Shown: positions 40,136-50,347, counted from the first letter of the stretch. The stretch is DNA of 64,000 nt from Candidatus Omnitrophota bacterium (GCA_028712505.1 JAQTQC010000001.1:77635-141634), one strand, 5' to 3'. Translations and numbers: made by a program. The notes: generated by a model from the sequence alone, not told the origin.

Positions 40136-41430
40136 TGCATAATGCAAAGATAAAAATTGCAGTATCTTTTATAGGGTTGCTCACAGTCGTATTTTTGCTT
40201 GAAGTTGCCTTAAGAATCGTAGGTGCCACTTATCGGATAATCAGATCTTCTGATACCAAGGCCCCGGTTTCTTGCCAGGAAAGCAGCCGTATAATATTAT
40301 GTCTTGGAAATTCGTGGACTGAGGGCGGGGGCGCTCCTAGTGGTAAAAGCTATCCCGATGATTTACAGCGTCTGGTTAACTTTAAATTCGGTAATGGTAA
40401 AATCATGGTCATAAATGGAGGATTTGGCAATGAGAATACGGCAGAGTTATTAGATAAGTTAGAAACCAAAATAGGTACAATAAAACCTAGTTTAGTTATC
40501 CTTCAAACCGGTCAGGCTAATTTATGGAACTATCACAAATACAATAATTATTTAAAAAGAGAGCATTTGAATTCGGCAAATCCTGTTTTTTCAGTAAATG
40601 ACCTTTTTCATAATAGCCGTGTTTACAGGCTGCTTTGTTTATTAGCCAGCAACTTTAAAAACAAAAATACCATCCAAGTGCGTAGTCATGAAGTACGCGA
40701 ACAGGTGTGTAGTGAATTTGCCAGGGAACTGCAAAGGCTTAACAAAGATATTGTCATCGATAAAGAAAAGGTCGATCAGGCCATAAGCTGTTTTAAGGAG
40801 GGTATAGTTTTGTACCCGGATGATTCAAGAAATTATGATTGTATTGGCTTAATCTATTTCTTGAAGGGTAACTATGAAGAGGCCTTAGAATGGTTCATAA
40901 AAGCGGTTGAAAGCAATCCGGACCTTGAAATTAAGGGAGGGAATAAAGGTTATGAGCATATAAGGTTGCTCCGCGGTGAATTCAAGGGTGCTAAAAATGG
41001 CGAAATTAATAAGAAAATAGAAAATTTTATTCAGAAGGTTAGAAGAAGTAGTCCGGAGTATTCAGAAAACCTGCTGTTTTTGACTGCAAAAGAAGTGTCC
41101 TGTTGGCTGGAGTCTGATATTAAAGAAATTATCGGAATTCTCCAGAAGAATAATATAAAAATAATATTACAGAATTATCCCTTTGACCCTTGCGTTGGTG
41201 CGAGATTTATAGACTCGATTTTACGAAAGGTGGCAAACGATTTGAATATCCCGTTTGTGGATAATGAGTTAATTTTTTTAGAAATGATGAAAAAGGGAGC
41301 AAGAAGAGAGGATTATTTCAGTCCGGATTATCATTGCAACGCCAGGGGGTATGAAATTATGGCCAACAATGTTTATAATAAGATTATCGAAGAAAAGATC
41401 CTAGGATCTAAAGGTATTTTAAATGAATAA
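40135..41430 (+). CDS. membrane-anchored SGNH-hydrolase-type esterase with central TPR-like insert (paralog 1)
   Basis: TM helix, ILCLGNSWTEGGGAP (catalytic Ser block), LQTGQAN block, C-terminal DYHCNARGY (DxxH). Middle YEEALEWFIKAVESNPD TPR-like repeat. Confidence 0.55.
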   Translation: MHNAKIKIAVSFIGLLTVVFLLEVALRIVGATYRIIRSSDTKAPVSCQESSRIILCLGNSWTEGGGAPSGKSYPDDLQRLVNFKFGNGKIMVINGGFGNENTAELLDKLETKIGTIKPSLVILQTGQANLWNYHKYNNYLKREHLNSANPVFSVNDLFHNSRVYRLLCLLASNFKNKNTIQVRSHEVREQVCSEFARELQRLNKDIVIDKEKVDQAISCFKEGIVLYPDDSRNYDCIGLIYFLKGNYEEALEWFIKAVESNPDLEIKGGNKGYEHIRLLRGEFKGAKNGEINKKIENFIQKVRRSSPEYSENLLFLTAKEVSCWLESDIKEIIGILQKNNIKIILQNYPFDPCVGARFIDSILRKVANDLNIPFVDNELIFLEMMKKGARREDYFSPDYHCNARGYEIMANNVYNKIIEEKILGSKGILNE

Positions 41431-42742
41431 TAGAAAACAACAAATCCTGGCTTTTTTTATCGGTGTGTTTACTATTGTATTAATTTTTGAAATATTTCTC
41501 CGGATTATTGGCACTATTTCTCAGAAGAGCAGGGAAACTGCCGATAATGTAATTGCGGGCAGGCAAAAAGATGATTTTGTTATATTATGCCTCGGGAATT
41601 CGTATACTCTTGGTATTGGAGCTCCTGCCGGTTCGAGTTATCCAGATCAATTGCAGCGGATGTTTGATAAGGCAGATACTGGTAGGAAAGTTATTGTTAT
41701 CAACCGGGGCGTAGGGTGCGAGAATACAATAGAATTATTAAGTAAATTAGGAAACAACATCAACAATATCAAGCCGGATATTATAGTTCTTCAGACGGGC
41801 CAGGTTAATGGTGTGAATTTCTGTAGGTATACTGAATATTTAAACAGGATTTCTTCGGGTGAGCTATCCTTAAGGCGGGTGGGTTATTTTCTAAATGACC
41901 TTTTTTCTAAAATCCGCACATATAAGTTATTATCTCTATTGGTAATCAATGTCCAGACTAAAAACAAGTCTAAAAAGCCGTTAGCTTCATACTTTAGACG
42001 GGAAATAGGGCAAAGTGACGCAGAATTAGCCATACGTTCTTATGATAAGAATTTTTTCGCTGATGAAAAGAAGGTCAAGGCAGCGATTAAGCTGTTTAAA
42101 AAAGGTATAGAAGAAAGTCCGGCTTATCCAAATAGCTATGCTTTTATAGGCAGGATTTATCTTTATCAAAATAGATATGATAAAGCCCTGGAGTGGTTTA
42201 TAAAGGCGGTTATGTCTAATCCTGATTTCAGAAAAGGTAAGGATGTTGGCGAGGATAATCATGGTTATCAGCTCATCAGGGAGATGCGGATGATGGCAGT
42301 AGCTTACCATGAAGAAAGAATTGTAAGCAAGATCGATAAATTTATAGCGGAATTCAACAGAAGGTACCCCGAAAATGCGGAGAATTTCTTCTCTCTTTCA
42401 AGAGACAATATCAGTAGTTGGGTGGAATCGGATATATCAGAGATGGTGAGAATTATCCGAGACAGGGGCATTAAGATTATCTTGCAAAATTATCCGCTCT
42501 GCCCCATATCGCAGGACTGTCAATATTACAATGATGCCATAGGCGAGGTTGCTGTTCGTCTTGGGGTTCCGCTTGTGGATAATGGAAAAATATTCAAGGA
42601 GGTAATTGATAGGGGGGGTAAATTTGAGGATTATTTTATTTCCGACGGTCATTGTAACAGCGGTGGTTATCGGCTGATGGCTGCCAATGTGTATAATAAA
42701 ATCATTGAAGAAAAGATATTGAACGTAAATAAGCAGAGATAA
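41423..42742 (+). CDS. membrane-anchored SGNH-hydrolase-type esterase with central TPR-like insert (paralog 2)
   Basis: Same architecture as 40135-41430: VILCLGNSYTLGIGAP, LQTGQVN, DGHCNSGGY, YDKALEWFIKAVMSNPD. Both end ...NVYNKIIEEKIL, a clear tandem duplication. Confidence 0.55.
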   Translation: MNNRKQQILAFFIGVFTIVLIFEIFLRIIGTISQKSRETADNVIAGRQKDDFVILCLGNSYTLGIGAPAGSSYPDQLQRMFDKADTGRKVIVINRGVGCENTIELLSKLGNNINNIKPDIIVLQTGQVNGVNFCRYTEYLNRISSGELSLRRVGYFLNDLFSKIRTYKLLSLLVINVQTKNKSKKPLASYFRREIGQSDAELAIRSYDKNFFADEKKVKAAIKLFKKGIEESPAYPNSYAFIGRIYLYQNRYDKALEWFIKAVMSNPDFRKGKDVGEDNHGYQLIREMRMMAVAYHEERIVSKIDKFIAEFNRRYPENAENFFSLSRDNISSWVESDISEMVRIIRDRGIKIILQNYPLCPISQDCQYYNDAIGEVAVRLGVPLVDNGKIFKEVIDRGGKFEDYFISDGHCNSGGYRLMAANVYNKIIEEKILNVNKQR

Positions 42743-42774
42743 TCTTCCTTAGTGTATCTAACTCCTTAATAATC

Positions 42775-42803
42775 TTGCGGTTTCATTCCAAAAGTAATAT
42801 AAT
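42775..42803 (+). promoter_or_regulatory. possible promoter TTGCGG-17 nt-TATAAT
   Basis: Hexamers with 17-nt spacing in the 135-nt gap before the oxidoreductase gene. Confidence 0.3.
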
Positions 42804-42877
42804 ATTATCAAACTTTTAATGCCTGCCATGGCGCCTTGTCGGTGGATGCAACAAGGCCAAACGATAAAATACTTCTT

Positions 42878-44176
42878 ATGGTCAAGAAAAAAATAGTTAT
42901 TTTGGGAGCGGGTTTAGCGGGATTAAGCGCTGCCTGGCATCTGCAGAATGACGCAATAGAATGCTTAGTATTTGAAAAGGAGTCTGATGTAGGAGGGCTC
43001 TGCCGTTCCAGAAAAATCAAAGATTTTATTTTTGACTGTGACGGGCATCTTCTACATTTTAGGAATAAATACACCTTGCAGTTAGTTAAGAAATTGCTGA
43101 AAGGAAATCTAGGCTCTCATAAAAGAAGCGCCTGGATTAACAATTTCGGTGTTTTTAGCCGCTATCCTTTTCAGGCCAACCTGTCTGCTTTACCCGAGAA
43201 AATAGCCAAAGAATGCCTGTTTGAATTCTTAAAGGTAAGCCAATCACCGCAGGTCCGCGCTCCTGAGAATTTTCTTAAATGGATAAATTCATCTTTTGGT
43301 AAGGGTATATCTAAGAATTTTATGGTTCCTTACAATAGGAAATTCTGGACAGTCCCTTTGGATAAGATGACTTTTGGCTGGACAGATAATTTCATACCTC
43401 GACCAAAACCATCTGAAGTGATCGAAGGGTTTTTTACGGAAAACAGGCATGCTTTTGGGTATAACTCTACCTTTTGGTACCCGCGGAAATCAGGCATAGG
43501 CCAACTTCCCCGGGCATTTGAACAACGGCTAGGCAATGTTTTTAAAAACTGCCCGGTTACTAAAATCGACCTTGATAAAAAAGAAATTACTGTCTGCGGC
43601 AGAAGAAAAATTAAATTTGACTCTCTGATCTCAACTATACCTTTGCCCGAAATGGTGAAGATTATCTGGCCTTTGCCCGCGGATATCCGGAAGATGTTCG
43701 GGAGATTACGCTGGAATTCAATATTTAACCTTAATCTCGGGATGAAGGGCGATTGTCAAACAGAAAAGCATTGGATATATTTCCCGCATAAGGGATCTAT
43801 TTTCTTTAGAGTTGGTTTCTTCCATAATTTTTCCAATGATATCGTCCCTTACGGGAACAGTGCCTTATATACCGAGGTAGCCTATTCTAAGAACAGGCCG
43901 ATTGATAAAAGTAAGGTTGTTTCCAGGATCATCAGAGACCTCAATTCATGCGGGATATTAACTAAAGATAATAAACTATCCGTCATGGATATCAATGATA
44001 TAAAATATGGCTATCCGATTTATGATCAAGATTATTCCCGGGCTACTGCGGCAATAAGAGGGTTCCTTTTGCGTAATAAAATAATTGCCTGCGGACGATA
44101 TGGTAATTGGCAGTATATGTCTATGGAGGATGCGATACTTGACGGCAGGCGCGCGGCAGACAAGGTCAGAAGATGA
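42878..44176 (+). CDS. FAD/NAD(P)-binding oxidoreductase (amine-oxidase/UDP-galactopyranose-mutase-like)
   Basis: KIVILGAGLAGLSAAWHL...FEKESDVGG dinucleotide-binding GxGxxG-E motif at the N-terminus. ATG at 42878 preferred over the upstream TTG at 42836. Confidence 0.7.
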   Translation: MVKKKIVILGAGLAGLSAAWHLQNDAIECLVFEKESDVGGLCRSRKIKDFIFDCDGHLLHFRNKYTLQLVKKLLKGNLGSHKRSAWINNFGVFSRYPFQANLSALPEKIAKECLFEFLKVSQSPQVRAPENFLKWINSSFGKGISKNFMVPYNRKFWTVPLDKMTFGWTDNFIPRPKPSEVIEGFFTENRHAFGYNSTFWYPRKSGIGQLPRAFEQRLGNVFKNCPVTKIDLDKKEITVCGRRKIKFDSLISTIPLPEMVKIIWPLPADIRKMFGRLRWNSIFNLNLGMKGDCQTEKHWIYFPHKGSIFFRVGFFHNFSNDIVPYGNSALYTEVAYSKNRPIDKSKVVSRIIRDLNSCGILTKDNKLSVMDINDIKYGYPIYDQDYSRATAAIRGFLLRNKIIACGRYGNWQYMSMEDAILDGRRAADKVRR

Positions 44177-45663
44177 AGAGAATAATTGAGTATTTATTAC
44201 TTTTTGCAGTATTGGCTATATTTTTATACCTGGCTCGGGGTAAGCTGGAAGCCTTCTTTTATAACCGCGGCAATAATTATATAGAACGTTCTTTGTACAA
44301 AGAGGCTATAGATTCCTATGGGAATGCCTTTAAAATAAATCCACAATCTTGGCAGGCCTGCCTGGGACTGGCGGAAGCTTATAGATACAGCAAAGATTAT
44401 AATAAAGCGGCAGATGAATATAATAGAGTTCTGAAAATAAACCCCCTTTGCTTAAAGGCTTATCTATCTTTAGCAGAAGTATATTCCCAGGAAGGCAAGT
44501 ATCTAGAAGCCTTAAATGTGATTAGCCAGGCGCGTAATAAGATCCCGGCTGACTCGCAAATCAACCAATCCTCACAGGAGTGCTGTTATTCTTTTGTGGT
44601 CTCCACTTTAAACAAAAGCACAGAACTTTTTCTGGCGGATAAAAGCTTAGATGCGATAGCTCTTTTGCAGGATGTCCTTAAGTCTTGTCCGGATTTTGCC
44701 ATAGCCCATTACACCCTGGGGTATTATTATTTCCATATTAAAGATTATGATAACGCTGAGAACAGCCTGAAAAAATCCCTTTTGATAGATCCTCAGTTTA
44801 ATTACGCGCACAAATTGCTCAGTCAGGTGTATTTTGAAAAAGGAAGCTTTGAAAAAGAGCTCTCCAGTGCCAAGGATGCGCTTGCGGTAAGCAATAATGA
44901 CGCCTCTGTTTACAATGACCTTGGCTTGGCATTGATGCATCTGGAGCGTTATACGGAGGCGATTCCCTATTTGCAAAAGGCAGTTAGCCTTGATCCGAAT
45001 AATACCGATTATATTTATAGCCTAGGAAGTGTTTACCGGGATAATAAAATGTTTGAACAGGCGATCTCGGAGTACAGTAAATTGATTGTATTGAGAAAAG
45101 ATTACCCCAATTTGCATAATGATTTGGCTGAGATATATGATAATCTAGGCAAGCATGCACAAGCGGTTTCAGAATACCAGAAAGAAGTAGCGTATTGCAA
45201 TCAAGCCATGGCAAATAATCCTGATAATCCTGTTTTACTCAACAATTACGCCTATGCTTTAACTGGCCTGGGTCAAGTTAGTGAAGCCAAGGTAATTATC
45301 GACGGCGTAATAAAGTCTTTCCCCCGTTACCGCCAGGCGCAGTTGACTTTATCCAGAATCTACGACAAGATGCATAAACCGGATTTGGCTTTGAAGTCAA
45401 TGGAAAAAGCTAAGCAACTTTCAGCAGGAGAGGGTTTTATCGACAATGAAATAACCAGGTTAAACAAGCAACCTGCGTTTAAACCAGAGGTTTCCTCAGA
45501 GCAAAAGGATACGATTTATTTGAAAAACGGACGCAAATTGCAGGGAAAGATAACAAAAGAGTATCCGGATAGGATAGTACTGGAAGTGTTGCTGGGTTCT
45601 TCTCGGGGAGAAGTCATTTTTTATCGGGATTCAATTGAGCGCATAGAAAAGATACGGAATTAA
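44173..45663 (+). CDS. TPR-repeat protein with N-terminal signal anchor
   Basis: N-terminal hydrophobic helix followed by at least 10 34-residue TPR units (A..Y..A....P....A...LG). Confidence 0.7.
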   Translation: MKRIIEYLLLFAVLAIFLYLARGKLEAFFYNRGNNYIERSLYKEAIDSYGNAFKINPQSWQACLGLAEAYRYSKDYNKAADEYNRVLKINPLCLKAYLSLAEVYSQEGKYLEALNVISQARNKIPADSQINQSSQECCYSFVVSTLNKSTELFLADKSLDAIALLQDVLKSCPDFAIAHYTLGYYYFHIKDYDNAENSLKKSLLIDPQFNYAHKLLSQVYFEKGSFEKELSSAKDALAVSNNDASVYNDLGLALMHLERYTEAIPYLQKAVSLDPNNTDYIYSLGSVYRDNKMFEQAISEYSKLIVLRKDYPNLHNDLAEIYDNLGKHAQAVSEYQKEVAYCNQAMANNPDNPVLLNNYAYALTGLGQVSEAKVIIDGVIKSFPRYRQAQLTLSRIYDKMHKPDLALKSMEKAKQLSAGEGFIDNEITRLNKQPAFKPEVSSEQKDTIYLKNGRKLQGKITKEYPDRIVLEVLLGSSRGEVIFYRDSIERIEKIRN

Positions 45664-45698
45664 ACAAAGTTTTTTCGAGACAGCGTTTTAATAAAACA

Positions 45699-46490
45699 AT
45701 GATTCTCAGACAAATTGCAGTAAAAATTAATAAGATATATTCCTTCCGGTACAGCTTATGGAACATGGCGGTAAAGCAATTTAGGGCCAAATATGCCGGT
45801 TCTGTCTTGGGTATTTTTTGGGTAGCTATCAACCCTTTTATATTGATGTTGGCAATAACCTTCGTTTTTACAACTGTCTTTAAAGCCGAAGGGGAAGATT
45901 TTCCTTTATTTGTCCTTTCAGGGATTATTCCCTGGATGTTTTTCTCCGGGGCTTTGTCTGAAGCTGTTCCTTCCTTATCAGCGCAAAAGAGTGTTTTGCA
46001 TCAGTTTAGTTTACCAAAAGAAATAATTCCTTTGAGTACCGTGTTGTCCTATGCGTTGAATTTTCTTATTAGCTGGTTAATTATCTCTCCTTTGTTTTTA
46101 TTTCGCAAACCTGGGGCTATCACCATGATTGTTTTTCTTCCGTTCATATTCTTGCTGACCTGTATTTTTATCGGTGGGATAAGCTTGTTATTTAGTGTAG
46201 TCAATGTTATTTACCGTGACCTGGAACATTTAATCGGGACTTTACTTATGTTCTGGTTCTGGGTTACACCAATTTTTTATTCCGTAGGGATGGTCCCTGT
46301 GAATCTCCGCTGGGTTTTTAATTTAAACCCCGTCTCGGCATTTATTTTATTTTACCGGGAGATAATTTTTTACTGTCGGGTACCGGATTTGGTCACTTTT
46401 CTGGCGGTAACTGCCTGGGCATTTATTAGTTTATCCGTGGGAATATTGGTTTCTGTCTGGCTTGAGCCTAGAGTATTGAAGCGTATCTAA
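45699..46490 (+). CDS. wzm: ABC-2 type polysaccharide exporter permease (Wzm/KpsM/TagG family)
   Basis: MAVKQFRAKYAGSVLGIFWVAINP signature and six TM helices. 263 aa, immediately upstream of the ATPase. Confidence 0.8.
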   Translation: MILRQIAVKINKIYSFRYSLWNMAVKQFRAKYAGSVLGIFWVAINPFILMLAITFVFTTVFKAEGEDFPLFVLSGIIPWMFFSGALSEAVPSLSAQKSVLHQFSLPKEIIPLSTVLSYALNFLISWLIISPLFLFRKPGAITMIVFLPFIFLLTCIFIGGISLLFSVVNVIYRDLEHLIGTLLMFWFWVTPIFYSVGMVPVNLRWVFNLNPVSAFILFYREIIFYCRVPDLVTFLAVTAWAFISLSVGILVSVWLEPRVLKRI

Positions 46491-46491
46491 T

Positions 46492-49212
46492 ATGTCTATA
46501 ATCAGCTTTAATGATGTTTGGGAGATGTACCGTATCAAATTCGTTATCGAAGGCAAATCCTCATGGGAGGATTTTCAGGCCTTGCAGGGAATCAGCTTTT
46601 CCATGGAAAAGGGGGAAATCCTGGGGATTATCGGTGAGAATGGTTCGGGTAAGTCGACCATCTTGAGGTTGATTGCCGGGATGCTTCAGCCTGATCGTGG
46701 CACAATAGAGGTTTTAGGCAGTGTTGCAGGTCTTCTGGAGTTAGGCGCAGGTTTCCAGACCGAGCTTACTGGCAGGGAGAACATTGCCCTGCAGTGTGAA
46801 CTCTTTGGCTTGCCAGCTACTCAGGCAAAGGAAAAATTCCGCCAAATTATCGATTTCGCTGAAATCGGCAAATTTATCGATGCCCCGGTAAAATGCTATT
46901 CCCAGGGCATGTTTGTGCGCCTGGCATTTGCCATAGCAGTGCATATGGATTCAGATATCTTCCTTGTAGATGATACACTGTCTGTAGGGGATGAGTATTT
47001 CCAGAGAAAGTGTATCAAAGAGATATTCAGGATAAAACAACAGGGCAAGACTGTGGTTATTGTTACCCATGATATGACGATGTTGCAGAAACTTTGCGCA
47101 AGGACAATATTCTTAAAACAGGGAATCTTGGTTAAGGATGAAGAGACGGCCAAGGTAGTTTCTTTTTATTCCCAGACAGTCGGCAGCCCAAAGGGAATAG
47201 CTGTTATTGAGAAGAAAAAATTTGGTCTGACATTTAATAATGGGAAGTTGCTCTTGAACTGGGATGGTAAATTGATTACCTCTGCTTCCGGAGCCTACAC
47301 GATTTTTAACGTAGCCAATAAATGGTATAGTTCTACCCAGGCGGAATGGGAGATTATAGAAGATTCTCAGGGGGTTTTTACGGCGATTGGCCAAATCTAT
47401 CAATTAGGGCTGACTCAGGTCTGGAGATTTGAGGTCCTGGGGGATTGCGAAGTCAAATGGGATATAGAGCTTGAAATGGACGGAGATATTGGGTTATCTG
47501 AAATGTATGTTAATATTGCGCTCAAAGATGACTATGCCCGGTGGTTTAGCAATTCAGAAAAAGGGGATTTCCCCCCGATTAAAAACGAAGATAAAAACTG
47601 GAATACTGTGTTTACAAAGAATGGTTTAAGCGCACACATCGGAGTGTACCAGCAGATTTTGGATTCAGTTGAGTTGCCTTCTCTTTTATTTGAGCAGTTG
47701 TCATTAGGAACTTTAGCTCAAGGCTTGATTCTGAATTCCGATTATTTATCACATTGCCGCATATTGCAATATAAGCTTAATCCATTTTCTGCTAAATCAG
47801 GAAATCAAACTGACCGGTTTATTTGTTTTGCGGGAAAAATCATATTAAATACTCCGGATATTGATGTTTATATTTCTAAGGCACAGAATGAATCCGTCCT
47901 ATCTGCCTCGGAATCAAAGTTGACTTTTGATAATGGTATTTGCAGGCTTGAATATAAGTCGGTAGAATTGACCAAAAATAATCATATTTTCACCTCTCTT
48001 TATGCAAACGGGAAATGGCATTTTTCTCATTTAGCGCATTGGGATTTTAAGAAACAAAATGACCATAAGATTATTGCTCTGGGTAGATGGCCGGATTTGG
48101 CTTTGACTCAGGTCTGGGAAATTGAAGTTGTCGATGGCCGTTCTTTCAAATGGGATGTCAACGTAGAAGTCGAGGAAGAACTGGTTATTGAACAGCAGTA
48201 TTTTTTTATTTGCTGCTCAAGCGATTATTCGCAATGGTCCAGTAATTATGGTTCGGGAGTTTTCCCTGCGGATTTCCGGGAGACCGAAATGGATATGTTG
48301 CAAAGATGTCTTCCCGATGGCGAACTCGGATTTTTAAGCCCGGATGCTAATTTACCCGCATTATGGGTGAAATTTTCCAATGAATTCCATAATTACGCCA
48401 AGATCATAAATTCTAGCTTTTACGAAAAAGCGAGACTAATGCGTATAGATAAAGTAGAGCCTGAAAGGATTAAGAAATTCCTCCCCGGAAAATATCCCTG
48501 TTTTAAACTGGCTATTTCTCCGAACGGGAATAGACAAGTATTTGATCCAGGCTCAAATGAGCTTAATGGAGAGAGGTTAAAGTTTATTTTTAACCAGGGC
48601 AGCGGCCGCGTACTTTGGGAAGGGAAGGAGTTGACCAAGAGGATCGGTTTTTACACTTCTTTATGCTCGGGAGGACGCTGGCATGATTCCTCTTCTTCGG
48701 CAAGGTGGAAGGTTGTTGAGAAAAGTAAGGATGTAATTAAAATTACCGGAGAATGGCTGTATTTGCCGATAAGCCAGTATTGGGAAATAAGTTTAAAAGA
48801 AGACAAGTTTATTAATTTCATTATCAGAATGAGTTTAGATAAGGCTTTGGAGGTCGAGGCCCTGCAAGCAAATCTTATGTTGTCGGAAATATATTCGCAA
48901 TGGGCAAGGCAAGGACAGGCACATAGTTTTCCCGGATTCAATAGCAATATTGATGATAAATGGGATGTTATTTTCTCTTGTCCGTCCGGGCCTGGGGGAG
49001 TGGGGGTAGTTAAGGCGGCAGAAAACGGTTTGTTTTTACCTGCGGTTACTTTGTCTACCCAGGAGGAAAACCCGGGGCAGCTCCTTAATGTTGTAAATTC
49101 CGATATTTACCACAGGGGGAGGGTTTTGCAGTGTTCCAGCACAGGTGCAAGAACCCTGGCCGCGGGCGATTACCAGTATTTTAACGGGAAGATATTCTGT
49201 AGTGGCGATTAA
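46492..49212 (+). CDS. wzt: ABC polysaccharide exporter ATP-binding protein (Wzt/TagH-like) with about 660 aa C-terminal extension of three tandem about 225 aa repeats
   Basis: Walker A GENGSGKST, ABC signature LSVGD, Walker B IFLVDD. C-terminus has three copies of F-NG-...-W-GKELT-...-(F/Y)TS-...-W-S/H...-W-(E/K)-(I/V)-(I/V/E)-... units (about aa 240-460, 465-690, 695-906). Confidence 0.85.
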   Translation: MSIISFNDVWEMYRIKFVIEGKSSWEDFQALQGISFSMEKGEILGIIGENGSGKSTILRLIAGMLQPDRGTIEVLGSVAGLLELGAGFQTELTGRENIALQCELFGLPATQAKEKFRQIIDFAEIGKFIDAPVKCYSQGMFVRLAFAIAVHMDSDIFLVDDTLSVGDEYFQRKCIKEIFRIKQQGKTVVIVTHDMTMLQKLCARTIFLKQGILVKDEETAKVVSFYSQTVGSPKGIAVIEKKKFGLTFNNGKLLLNWDGKLITSASGAYTIFNVANKWYSSTQAEWEIIEDSQGVFTAIGQIYQLGLTQVWRFEVLGDCEVKWDIELEMDGDIGLSEMYVNIALKDDYARWFSNSEKGDFPPIKNEDKNWNTVFTKNGLSAHIGVYQQILDSVELPSLLFEQLSLGTLAQGLILNSDYLSHCRILQYKLNPFSAKSGNQTDRFICFAGKIILNTPDIDVYISKAQNESVLSASESKLTFDNGICRLEYKSVELTKNNHIFTSLYANGKWHFSHLAHWDFKKQNDHKIIALGRWPDLALTQVWEIEVVDGRSFKWDVNVEVEEELVIEQQYFFICCSSDYSQWSSNYGSGVFPADFRETEMDMLQRCLPDGELGFLSPDANLPALWVKFSNEFHNYAKIINSSFYEKARLMRIDKVEPERIKKFLPGKYPCFKLAISPNGNRQVFDPGSNELNGERLKFIFNQGSGRVLWEGKELTKRIGFYTSLCSGGRWHDSSSSARWKVVEKSKDVIKITGEWLYLPISQYWEISLKEDKFINFIIRMSLDKALEVEALQANLMLSEIYSQWARQGQAHSFPGFNSNIDDKWDVIFSCPSGPGGVGVVKAAENGLFLPAVTLSTQEENPGQLLNVVNSDIYHRGRVLQCSSTGARTLAAGDYQYFNGKIFCSGD

Positions 49213-49228
49213 ATAAAAGGATGATCTA

Positions 49229-50341
49229 ATGTCCTGGTTGAGTTCAATTAAGGTTTTAGGGAGACATTTTAAATTTTACCTATCCCGGGGGTTAGATTAT
49301 CCTTTGGTTTCTCCGGATATGCTGCAGCTTTGTTTTTTATCCCGTTGTAATTTAAAATGCAAGATGTGCAATGTGCAGGAAAAATATGAAAAACTTAAGA
49401 TCTCGGGTAAGACTTACGAATTAGATTTTAAGACAATGCAGGATTTGATATGTCAGGCAGCGGATATGGGGATCAAGCAGTTATTCCTGATCGGAGGAGA
49501 GCCTTTTTTAAGCAGGGATCTGTTCGATGTCATTAAATTTGCCAGTCACTATAAAATGGATACGGTTGTTTTTACGAATGGAACCCTTTTGGGGAACCTG
49601 GAGATTATTGAGAAAACCTTTGACTCTGGGCTACGCAGTCTGGGAATATCTATTGATGGAGCGAATGAAAATACATATAAAAATATAAGAGGCGAAGGGA
49701 TTTTCGAAAAGATTATAGAGAATGTCCGATTGTTCAATAAAATAAAAAAAGACAGGGGGTTGGTTTCTCCCAGTATAAGCATAGCCTGTACGGTTATGGA
49801 TCAGAATATTGAAGAGTTGCTGGATATCGTAAACTTAGCGAAAAGTTTGGAAGTTGATGGAATAGGCTTCCAGCCGGTGGTTATGAATAATACCGATCAA
49901 AGGTTGAGAGACAATCCAAATCAGAATTGGATACCCCCGTCAAGGTATGCTATACTCGATAAGTCTATAGATCAATTGCTGAAATATAAGTGTTCGAATA
50001 AGGAGAACTTTAAATTTATTTATACCGGGTTAGTTCAGCTAAGATCGATCAAGGATTATTTCAAGGGGGGATCGGTTTTAAACAGGCAAAAATGCTACGC
50101 AGGGTTTAACCGGATAATCATTTCGCAGGATGGAAAGGTATATCTTTGCGCTGCCGAGCCGGATAGTGGAGAAGTAAGCTTTGGGGATATCTATAGAGAT
50201 AGATTAAAAGATTTATGGTATTCCGATAAGGCAAGAATTTTCAGGAAAAGCATAAAGAAATGCAGCAATCACTGTCTGCTAAGTTGTGCTCGCAGGGGTG
50301 AGTTCGATAGATTTATGGATGATTTTTATCGCGGCAATTAA
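49229..50341 (+). CDS. radical SAM/SPASM-twitch domain protein (array member 1)
   Basis: CNLKCKMC, IGGEPFL, C-terminal CYAG...LCAAE...CSNHCLLSC. Confidence 0.8.
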   Translation: MSWLSSIKVLGRHFKFYLSRGLDYPLVSPDMLQLCFLSRCNLKCKMCNVQEKYEKLKISGKTYELDFKTMQDLICQAADMGIKQLFLIGGEPFLSRDLFDVIKFASHYKMDTVVFTNGTLLGNLEIIEKTFDSGLRSLGISIDGANENTYKNIRGEGIFEKIIENVRLFNKIKKDRGLVSPSISIACTVMDQNIEELLDIVNLAKSLEVDGIGFQPVVMNNTDQRLRDNPNQNWIPPSRYAILDKSIDQLLKYKCSNKENFKFIYTGLVQLRSIKDYFKGGSVLNRQKCYAGFNRIIISQDGKVYLCAAEPDSGEVSFGDIYRDRLKDLWYSDKARIFRKSIKKCSNHCLLSCARRGEFDRFMDDFYRGN

Positions 50342-50347
50342 TAAATT

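Noticed and set aside
42836..42877. Upstream TTG start for the FAD oxidoreductase
   Set aside because: It would add 14 residues before the Rossmann beta-strand (KIVILGAG). The ATG at 42878 gives the canonical placement.
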